64,000 nucleotides of DNA from an uncultured Spirochaetia bacterium (GTDB taxonomy: Bacteria; Spirochaetota; Spirochaetia; JABEVK01): assembly GCA_937960645.1 (NCBI GenBank), contig CALGPJ010000009.1:4522-68521 (forward strand). The letters run 5' to 3'. Shown one piece after another: positions 19,226 to 28,700 of the stretch. The position numbers were made by a program, and so were the translations under genes. Every line of letters starts with the position of its first letter. Within the stretch, counting starts at the first letter, position 1. The notes below the pieces were generated by a model. The model worked only from the letters and a program-made list of their open reading frames with translations, made no database searches and was not told the DNA's origin.

Positions 19226-20981
19226 AACTACGGTACGTCGGATATGGCCTTTGCATTTTGGCCTTGGCCTCCTGCCAGCGGGTCTTTGACAACCCCTACG
19301 ACCCCCTCAATTCCCTGCGAAACTCGAATCCATCCAATCCTGCCACTTGGACGGTGACCTACACCGCACCCGATGCCCAAGGGGGTTCCGTTCCCATCGA
19401 CCCGATGTCGTACCTCACCGCGCAGACGGCCACTGTCCTGGGCAATCCGGGCGGTCTGGCCCGCAGCGGGTTGACCCTGTCTGCCTGGAGGCAGGGTACC
19501 ACCGATTATGTCCCCGGGGACAGCCTGATCATGACCTCCTCCCTGACCTTGACAGCCCAATGGACCAGCTCCGCAGGAGGGCTCACGACCCTCAGCGCCA
19601 GCGCTGCCCCCAACAGCAGCTATTTCCACGACGTTGCTGTGGCCCCGGACGGTTCGGTATACCTGGTAGGTTCGGTTTACGGCACAGGTAGCTTTACCTT
19701 TAATTCTAAAAGCGTTTCAGGGATTTACGGCTCAGGTCACAACGCCCTCATCATCAAGCGAAACCCTGATGGAACGGTGGCCTGGGCCAAATCGGTGAGC
19801 GCTGGTGGCAACACCTCGGTGTTTCGTGGGGTGGCGGTGGACAGTGCGGGAAACGCCTACGCCGCCGGCTACCAGACCGGAACGGGTAGCTTTACCTATG
19901 ACACCGGCAAGTCCGCCAGCGGTCCCTCGACCTCCTACAACGCCGTCCTGGTAAAGTACACCCCCAGCGGAGCCGTCGAATGGGTCAAGACGGCCAGTTC
20001 CGGGGGCCCCTCGAACTCGTGGAACGGTGTGGCTGTCGTGGGTTCCCAGGTGGTTGCTGTTGGAGAACAAGCAAGCTCAGCCACCCTCAACTGGGGGGAG
20101 TTTCCACTACATCCTCGAGCAGCTCAGGAGCCGGGCTGGTGGTGGCCTTTCAAACCACGAATGGCACACCGCTGTGGGGTCACTGTCTCGGGGGATCCGC
20201 TTATAGCACCCTTGAGAGAGCCACACCCTCCCCCGATGGTCAGAAGATCGCCGTGATCGGCTTCACGGGAGGCAACACGTCTTACGCTTCCACGGACTTT
20301 ACGGTTCCCGGCAAGAGCGTGCTGGTACTTCAACTGGATAGCTCGGGCAGCCTGCTCTGGGGCCGCACGGCCTCAGGCACCAGCACAGCGCCCAGCGAGG
20401 GCAAGGGTGTGGCCTACACTCGGGAGGGAAGGCTGTGGATCACCGGATATTACACCAAATCCACTGGTGGTAACAGCTTCGATTTGGGAAGTCAAAGCCT
20501 GAGCGTCGGACCAGCCTCTGGAAAGAACACCTTGTACGTAGCCAAGCTCGAACCCGACGGCACCGTCACGCAACTTGTCAGCTGGAATAACCCCGTCAGC
20601 GCCTCGGAAGGGCACGATATCGATGTCGATGTCTGGGGAAACGTGTTTGTAGCGGGCAGTGTCCAAAAGGATAGTTTTACTTTTTCCGGCATCTTGAGCA
20701 ACCAGACGCTTAATTACACCGACGGCAACGCCACCGGAAATTTCTTTCTTTTAAAACTCAATCCTCTAGGCAACGCTGAATGGGTCCGAGGTCACAACCG
20801 AACTTCTTCTCCCAATTCGACGTATTTTGGGGACGTGGCCGTTTCCTCGGAAAAGGTCTATGTCACGGGGTATACCAAGGGAAATCTCTCCTACCCCTTG
20901 CCGGCCCACCCCAGCGGGACCTTGAACGTTCAGGGGGTTTATAGCCTGTTCAACGCCGCCCTGGTGGTATTCCAGCGCTGA
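19222..20981 (+). pseudogene. Lipoprotein with InlB B-repeat-like domain and SBBP-type beta-propeller repeats, frameshifted at G6 (20093-20098)
   Basis: ATG 19222 after AGGAGG; lipobox LASC, FDNPYDP; repeats VAVAPDGSVYLVG, VAVDSAGNAYAAG continue in the 19980..20981 frame; one extra G in the G6 run fuses the two ORFs. Confidence 0.8.
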
Positions 20982-20988
20982 ATACTCC

Positions 20989-21336
20989 TCAGTCCAGAAG
21001 TTTCAGCAGTTCGTCCTTTTCGAAGGGCTTGATTAACCATGCCTTGGCCCCGGCCTTGAGCCCTTCCTCCACCATCGCCTTGTCGCTTTCGGTGGTGATC
21101 ACGATGATCGGAGTCTTTGCATACTCCGGAATCTTGCGGACCTCTCCGATAAACTGGATGCCGTTCATCCGAGGCATGTTGACATCCACCACGAAATAAT
21201 CGATGTGGGGCCGCCCCTCGAGCTTCCGGAGTGCATCCTCGCCGTTTTCCGCCTCGAGGAAATCGCCCTTTTCCTGAACGGCCATATGAACGATTTTGCG
21301 CATGGTGATGGAATCGTCAATTCCCATGATGGTCAT
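20989..21336 (-). CDS. CheY-like single-domain response regulator
   Basis: IDDS, DVNMPRMNG, ITTE, LIKPF. Confidence 0.9.
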   Translation of the reverse strand: MTIMGIDDSITMRKIVHMAVQEKGDFLEAENGEDALRKLEGRPHIDYFVVDVNMPRMNGIQFIGEVRKIPEYAKTPIIVITTESDKAMVEEGLKAGAKAWLIKPFEKDELLKLLD

Positions 21337-22037
21337 GCCTTTTCTCCTTTGAGCACTTTTGTCAGGATCTCTTTTTCGGATTTTGTCTTTAGCGAGGGAG
21401 CGACAGCTTCGCGGAAGCGTTGTTGGCCCTCCGCGGATGGCTTGTCGAGGTCGTATCCGTAAACGGAGAGCAGCCCCTTCACGGTACTCAGTTCTGCCTC
21501 CTCACTCTGCAACAGGGACACCACGGTCTGAATTTGCTGCTGGGCGGCATCCTCGTGCTGAAGCTGCTCCAAAATCTGGTCCAGGACTTGTTGCTGCCGA
21601 GATTCGCTTAGCTTCTGCCGCAAACTTCCCAAAAGATCGAGGATGGCATGGACCGCCTGATTGATCTGCCGCGCCGTACTCACCAGCGACAGGCGCCAGA
21701 ACCTCAACCGTACCCGTGCAAGGGCCAGGTGGTCGGCGGCGCCTCCAGCCGATCGCAGGAGGGGAATCAAAACATTTTTCACGAGCTTTTTGGGGGAGAG
21801 GCGCTGCCACTCGGCGGGGATGTCCTCGGCTTTGAGGTAAAGCTCGTAGACGACGTCCCGTTTTTTCTGATGCCGGCGGCCCCACCGCAGTTTTCGGCTA
21901 GAGGCGAGGAGAAAAAGCAGGAGGACAAAAGCCCCGGTATAAGCCACCAGCACGGCCCATGTCGGCAACCGATCGGAAACCAAACCCACCGAGGCTGCCA
22001 GAAACAGGGATGATGCCAGGATCAATAGCACGACCAT
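21333..22037 (-). CDS. Membrane protein with CheZ-like DxxxQ motif
   Basis: Two N-terminal TM segments; helical body with EQLQHEDAAQQQIQTV; 4-nt overlap with the cheY-like gene. Confidence 0.6.
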   Translation of the reverse strand: MVVLLILASSLFLAASVGLVSDRLPTWAVLVAYTGAFVLLLFLLASSRKLRWGRRHQKKRDVVYELYLKAEDIPAEWQRLSPKKLVKNVLIPLLRSAGGAADHLALARVRLRFWRLSLVSTARQINQAVHAILDLLGSLRQKLSESRQQQVLDQILEQLQHEDAAQQQIQTVVSLLQSEEAELSTVKGLLSVYGYDLDKPSAEGQQRFREAVAPSLKTKSEKEILTKVLKGEKA

Positions 22038-22073
22038 GTTACTAGCTTAACCGAGGAATTGGGTTTCGACAAT

Positions 22074-22099
22074 AAAAAACCGCCCCTTTCGGAGCGGTT
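22074..22099 (-). terminator. Rho-independent terminator of groEL
   Basis: Minus strand AACCGCTCC-GAAA-GGGGCGGTT followed by TTTT. Confidence 0.8.
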
Positions 22100-22119
22100 G
22101 AAACAGCGAGGGCGCCAAA

Positions 22120-23833
<1,714 letters not shown>

Positions 23834-23923
23834 GAGGTCGGGGGGGAAATGTTTGGCCATGGCGCGGCTTTCCAGCAAGAGACGCATCTTCTACATTCAT
23901 TCTTCGCCGCGCGCGAAGCACCC

Positions 23924-24050
23924 ATCAAAAATTGCCTTAACCTGCGCAGCCCGTTCCGCGAAGCGGAATGGCGCGGTTCTTGCGCAAACGAGCGAAGCGA
24001 GTAGCGAGAACCGTGACAAAGGGCAAGTCAGGTTGAAGCAGTTGTCCGCT
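23924..24050 (-). mobile_element. attC-like site (degenerate R boxes) downstream of vapC
   Basis: Starts a few nt after the vapC stop: GCGGACAACTGCTTCAACCTG...CAGGTTAAGGCAATTTTTGAT; CTTCAACCTG pairs with CAGGTTAAG leaving one extrahelical base; internal hairpins; homologous to 24728-24833. Confidence 0.65.
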
Positions 24051-24055
24051 TTCTC

Positions 24056-24457
24056 TTATTCATAGATTTTAAGGTCCTCTGCAACTTTTTGAATGTGATC
24101 AAAATCGGCATCATTATGTAAAAGATATAAATTGTTTTCTAAGGCTGTTTGAACTATCAAAAGATCAATTGTACTTCTAATAGTGATTCCCAATTTTCTA
24201 CATTTTAAATTGAGTCGAGCAGCTTCAGTGTGTGATTCTAATCCATTCCGCAACTGATAGATTGGAATAGTTTCTAAATATTCTTTTAACACGTCAAATT
24301 CTTTCTGATCTTTCGAGCCTTGTAGTATCTCCTGATAAATAAGAGGACTAATCCCAAATGGTATTTTCCTTTTAATTATTTCATCAAGCAGTTTAACTTT
24401 AATATTATCAGTGCCTTTCAAATAATCAATCAAAACAGATGTATCAACAAGAATCAT
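24056..24457 (-). CDS. vapC: VapC PIN-domain toxin
   Basis: MILVDTSVLID, QEILQG, STIDLLI, LLHNDADF; AT-rich. Confidence 0.92.
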   Translation of the reverse strand: MILVDTSVLIDYLKGTDNIKVKLLDEIIKRKIPFGISPLIYQEILQGSKDQKEFDVLKEYLETIPIYQLRNGLESHTEAARLNLKCRKLGITIRSTIDLLIVQTALENNLYLLHNDADFDHIQKVAEDLKIYE

Positions 24458-24657
24458 GAGTCATTTCTCATTTTTTTATAATCATACTCATCAGAAAAAT
24501 GAATTAACCCTTTTAGTTCATTAAGATTTTTAACTCGATGATTTCTTACAAATTCTATTAAGGCTAACTCAACAAGATCTTTTTTTGTACGGATGTTTCC
24601 AGCATACTTAAAAGCTTCCTTAACTAAGTTATCATCCAGGACAATATTTGTACGCAT
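24454..24657 (-). CDS. vapB: VapB-family antitoxin
   Basis: MRTNIVLDDNLVKEAF..TKKDLVELAL; 4-nt overlap with vapC. Confidence 0.88.
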   Translation of the reverse strand: MRTNIVLDDNLVKEAFKYAGNIRTKKDLVELALIEFVRNHRVKNLNELKGLIHFSDEYDYKKMRNDS

Positions 24658-24669
24658 ATACACCTCTCA

Positions 24670-24704
24670 ATGTGTATAATAGTACACATACAAAGAAACG
24701 TCAA
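24670..24704 (-). promoter_or_regulatory. vapBC promoter with overlapping palindromic operator
   Basis: TTGACG-17-TATTAT on the minus strand; inverted repeat ATGTGTA-N6-TACACAT (24670-24689) spans the -10. Confidence 0.7.
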
Positions 24705-24727
24705 TATCTTGTTTGCGCGAAGCGTCA

Positions 24728-24833
24728 ACCGTACATTTGCTGAACTTGCAACGCGTCTATGGCGCGGTTTTTGCCGAGCAAAGCGTCAACAAAAGTGTGA
24801 CAGAGAAGAGTTTAGTTGAAGCGGTTGTTATAC
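24728..24833 (-). mobile_element. attC-like site downstream of the nuclease cassette
   Basis: Minus strand GTATAACAACCGCTTCAAC...TGTCAC...AACCGCGCCAT...GCAAGTTCAGCAAATGTACGGT, 5 nt after the reconstructed stop codon. Confidence 0.7.
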
Positions 24834-24838
24834 GTGTT

Positions 24839-25812
24839 TTACATATGTTTAAGAAATTCTATAAATGTTACACATCTATACGGAGGTATTTGAGCTGCAA
24901 TCCAATTCGTTCCTCTTTTAACACTTTTTGTTCTATCCTTTTTTTATGTAGTTTTTAGTTTTAAAGGATCATCTAAAAAGAAATACGTAAATTCCTTATC
25001 TTCATTATCCAATTTTGTTCCATCTATCCATTTTTTTACTAGTGACTCGTTATTATCTGCGAATTCCATTAAATCATCTTTGAATGATTCTACTTCACCA
25101 GGTTTACATGAAATAATTCCTAATATTTTGGAGATGAAAGAAATACCTTCTTCTTCACCAGATTTTTTTGTGAAATATGGTGCGAAATATAAAGGATTAC
25201 TGGAAATAACATCACGCCGATAAATATTATAATCAAAATATTTTTTTAATTCTAATTCAACACTTAAATCTTGAACTAGTATTTCTTTTTTATTTCTCAA
25301 TTTATATCCCCTATGTATGAAAGTTTTAAAGTCCTTAATTAATTTCTCTTTATTTTTTGGTAAATTCTTATCATCAATTAATTCATCAATATCAGACCAA
25401 TAAATATTTTTAACAATTATGTCTTTTTTGTAATCATTGATTTGTGTGATGAAGCACAATACTTTCTGCGACTCATCTTGAAATGATTCTAAGTATTGTG
25501 TTCTTTGTTCGTCTACTTTATTTTTACCAATTTTTGCTTCAATTATTACATGAAAATTATCTCTCAATCGTATTTCAACATCGGTTCTACCTTCTTTACG
25601 TTTCTTTTCAATAATAATTTCAATATTTCTATAGTTTTCTTCTGTATTCTTATTTGTAATTCCTAAATATCGTAAAAACTTAAAAAGCATTGTTGAATCT
25701 TTTGATAGAATAAAAGCAAATGCTTTTGCTAAACCAGTTTCATCAAAACCATATAAGTAAAACGGATTTATTGAGTAATTTGTAATATAATACCACTTGG
25801 TTTAATGATCAT
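24839..25812 (-). pseudogene. PD-(D/E)XK nuclease-family pseudogene (cassette gene)
   Basis: GRTDVEI..HVIIEAKIG motif; SD GGAGG plus ATG 25812 is out of frame by one base in an A run; in-frame TAA at 24944-24946 is followed by 34 more open codons ending at 24839. Confidence 0.7.
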
Positions 25813-26211
25813 TTTTTCCTCCGCCCGAAGGGCCCTTATAACACCATTTCGACCGTTCCGTGAATAATAACTCTGGCCTGTTCTTTTTTCCTGATAAAAC
25901 CAGATTCTCAAAGAATTATTACATCCCAAATATGCCAACAAAACTTTGTCAAGTTCCTAAGAAGTCCCAACGTACAAATTTCAGACCACGAAGGAGGTCC
26001 ACGAAAAGGCGGGAAGTTGGGTGGCCAGGCCCAGGGATACCGATGCCACCGGCAGGAAAGACAAAGGTCTCCGACACACCGTAAACGGCCATCGATTCCT
26101 CTTTGCCTTTACGCCGGCCAATCTCCTGGACTCAGTAGGGTAAGATTATTAACCCCAGAGAAAATGACCACCACACCAGCGAAAATTTTTCTAATTTTTC
26201 CTCCCCCGGAC

Positions 26212-26238
26212 TAAAGTTTTCACCCATCCTGCCGATAA
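26212..26238 (+). promoter_or_regulatory. sigma28 (FliA) promoter of flaB
   Basis: TAAA-N15-GCCGATAA, a perfect consensus match. Confidence 0.92.
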
Positions 26239-26248
26239 TGACAAAGGA

Positions 26249-26325
26249 GGTCTAAACGGAATTAGGCCCCCGCCGGATGTTATCCGGTACCCCCATCATG
26301 ATTCTGAGTATTCACGGAGGAATAC
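26249..26325 (+). promoter_or_regulatory. flaB leader with two ACGGA-loop hairpins (CsrA-type sites)
   Basis: GGTCTAA-ACGGAA-TTAGGCC and GTATTC-ACGGAG-GAATAC; the second overlaps the SD. Confidence 0.7.
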
Positions 26326-26326
26326 G

Positions 26327-27187
26327 ATGATCATCAACCACAACCTGAGCGCCATGTTCGCTCAGCGCCAACTCAAGGTCACCAACGGTGACGTCACCAA
26401 GGACATGGAGAAGCTGTCCAGCGGCTTCCGGATCAACCGGGCCGGCGACGACGCCTCCGGTCTGGCCGTTTCAGAAAAGATGCGGGCTCAAATCCGCGGT
26501 CTGAACCAGGCCAGCCAGAACGCCAGCAACGGCATCAGCTTCATCCAGGCCACGGAAGGATACCTCCAGGAAACCCAGGACATCCTCCAGCGCATTCGTG
26601 AGCTGGCCGTCCAGGCTTCCAACGGTATTTACACCGACGAAGACCGGATGCAAATCCAGGTCGAAGTCAGCCAACTCATCGACGAGGTGGACCGCGTCGC
26701 CTTCCATGCCCAGTTCAACGGCATGAACATGCTGACCGGCTCCTTCGCCCGAGACATTGGCGAAAACGTGCCCACCGCCAGCATGTGGTTCCACATCGGC
26801 GCCAACGTAGACCAGAGGATTCGGGTCTACATCCAGACCATGACCGCCGCGGCCCTGAGCATGCGCGGTCTCACCGACAACTCGATGCTGAGCCTTCGGA
26901 CCCCCGAATCGGCCAACCAGGCGATCATGATCCTGGACAATGCCCTGCAGATTGTCTCCAAACAGCGGGCTGACCTGGGTGCCTACCAGAACCGCCTGGA
27001 ATTCGCCGTGAAAGGTCTGGACATCGGCGCCGAGAACCTCCAGGCTGCCGAAAGCCGTATCCGCGACGCGGACATGGCCAAGCAGATGGTGGACTACACC
27101 AAGAACCAGATTCTCGTGCAGAGCGGTACCGCCATGCTCGCGCAGGCAAACACCCGCTCGCAGAGTGTCTTGCAACTTCTCCGATAA
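26327..27187 (+). CDS. flaB: Periplasmic flagellar filament core protein (flagellin)
   Basis: [52 protein letters not shown]; spirochaete-type, 286 aa. Confidence 0.97.
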   Translation: MIINHNLSAMFAQRQLKVTNGDVTKDMEKLSSGFRINRAGDDASGLAVSEKMRAQIRGLNQASQNASNGISFIQATEGYLQETQDILQRIRELAVQASNGIYTDEDRMQIQVEVSQLIDEVDRVAFHAQFNGMNMLTGSFARDIGENVPTASMWFHIGANVDQRIRVYIQTMTAAALSMRGLTDNSMLSLRTPESANQAIMILDNALQIVSKQRADLGAYQNRLEFAVKGLDIGAENLQAAESRIRDADMAKQMVDYTKNQILVQSGTAMLAQANTRSQSVLQLLR

Positions 27188-27195
27188 GGAGTTAC

Positions 27196-27235
27196 TATTC
27201 AGGGTGGGGGTCACTCCACCCTGAATATGTTCTTT
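27196..27235 (+). terminator. Strong hairpin after first flaB (terminator or mRNA stabiliser)
   Basis: TATTCAGGGTGGGG-GTCA-CTCCACCCTGAATA, 14-bp stem with one G-T pair, weak T tail. Confidence 0.6.
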
Positions 27236-27402
27236 GACATTCGTACCCTTCATCTTGCTCCCCAAGGGGGTTTTGACTGCCCGAACAGCCATTTCCCCCT
27301 TGGGCTGTGGCATTTGGTCTTCTTCCTGACGCGGAGGAAAGGGCGGTGCCGCTGAGCAAGAGGAGGCAAGGGATTGCCTCTCAAAAACAAAGGAGGGTAC
27401 AT

Positions 27403-28254
27403 ATGGTTATTAATCACAACATGAGCGCCATCAACGCCAACCGGGTTTTAGGGAATGTCCAGCTGGACCTCACCAAGAACCTGGAAAAGTTGTCCAGCGG
27501 GTTGCGGATCAACCGCGCCGGCGATGACGCTTCCGGTCTCGCGGTCTCGGAAAAGATGCGGGCGCAGATCCGCGGTCTCAACCAGGCCGAGAAAAACATT
27601 CAAAACGGCGTGAGCTTCATTCAGGCCACCGAGGGCTACCTTCAGTCCACCACCGACATCCTGCAAAGGGTGCGCGAACTGGCTGTACAGGCTGCCAACG
27701 GGATCTACAGCGCCGAGGACCGGATGCAGATTCAGGTCGAGGTGAGTCAGCTCGTGGACGAGATCAACCGTATTGCGGATCATGCCCAGTTCAACGGCAT
27801 GAATATGCTCACCGGCAGTTTCGCCCGCGGTGACGACGCTCAGGCTTCGGGTCTGCAACTGCAGGTCGGTGCCAACGTCGACCAAAACCGCCGCATCTAC
27901 ATCGGCAACATGAGGGCGGACGCTCTGGGAGTGGACAAGCTGCTCGAGCAGGAGTCGGCGCTGACCAGTGCGGAAGGGGCCAACAGGGCCATCATGCTGA
28001 TCGACGGCGCTCTCAAAGAGGTCAACAAGCAGCGTGCCGATCTCGGCGCCTACCAGAACCGCTTCGAGATGGCCGCCAAGGGCGTCGCCATCGCTGCGGA
28101 AAACCTGACCGCTGCCGAATCCCGCATCCGGGATGTCAACATGGCCACCGAGATGGTCGAGTACACCAAGAACTCGATCCTCAGCCAGTCGGGCACCGCG
28201 ATGCTGGCTCAGGCCAATGTCAGAAGCCGCTCGGTCATGCAGCTCTTGGGCTAA
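27403..28254 (+). CDS. flaB: Second flagellar filament core protein (flagellin)
   Basis: [14 protein letters not shown], same conserved flagellin termini; AGGAGG SD. Confidence 0.97.
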   Translation: MVINHNMSAINANRVLGNVQLDLTKNLEKLSSGLRINRAGDDASGLAVSEKMRAQIRGLNQAEKNIQNGVSFIQATEGYLQSTTDILQRVRELAVQAANGIYSAEDRMQIQVEVSQLVDEINRIADHAQFNGMNMLTGSFARGDDAQASGLQLQVGANVDQNRRIYIGNMRADALGVDKLLEQESALTSAEGANRAIMLIDGALKEVNKQRADLGAYQNRFEMAAKGVAIAAENLTAAESRIRDVNMATEMVEYTKNSILSQSGTAMLAQANVRSRSVMQLLG

Positions 28255-28344
28255 ACCGTTAGAGATTTCTGGACGTTATTTCTAACGGAAGAACGAAGAA
28301 TTGGGGGGCCGCGTCACCCTCAATTTCTTTCATAAGGAGGCAGT

Positions 28345-28698
28345 ATGTCGATTGAAACCATCGGACTCACCAGCTCCCAGCTCTTCGCTAACCCGCGGCC
28401 GGCCAACGTCAAAGCCGCGGTGCCGGAAGCTGAGGTGGCACGCACCAACACGAGCGCGGAGGAGGCCGCAAAATTGAAGGCGGAAATGCGCCAGATCGTC
28501 GACGAACTTGCCAGGATGGCCAGGAGCTTCAATCGCCGTCTCGAATTTAGCATCAACGAAGACATTAACCAGGTCATCGTCAAGATCGTCGACCAGGATT
28601 CCGGGGAGGTCGTCAAGCAGATTCCTCCCGAAGACGTCGTCCGAGTGCACGCGCGCATCCGCGAGGCTATCGGTCTCCTGTTTGACCAAAAGATCTGA
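28345..28698 (+). CDS. flaG: Flagellar protein FlaG
   Basis: RRLEFSINED..VIVKIVDQDSGEVVKQIPPE..GLLFDQKI. Confidence 0.92.
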   Translation: MSIETIGLTSSQLFANPRPANVKAAVPEAEVARTNTSAEEAAKLKAEMRQIVDELARMARSFNRRLEFSINEDINQVIVKIVDQDSGEVVKQIPPEDVVRVHARIREAIGLLFDQKI

Positions 28699-28700
28699 GC

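Noticed and set aside
23924..24833. Repeats considered as a CRISPR array or IS ends
   Set aside because: Only two long divergent copies separated by whole genes; no regular spacers, cas genes, transposase or target duplication
25965..26022. Possible third attC or attI (TCCCAAC...GTTGGGT)
   Set aside because: R-like ends are present, but L-box pairing is poor, no gene ends next to it and it lacks the blocks shared by the other two sites
26327..28254. Near-identical nucleotide stretches between 26.4 kb and 27.5 kb
   Set aside because: Explained by conserved termini of the two flagellin paralogues
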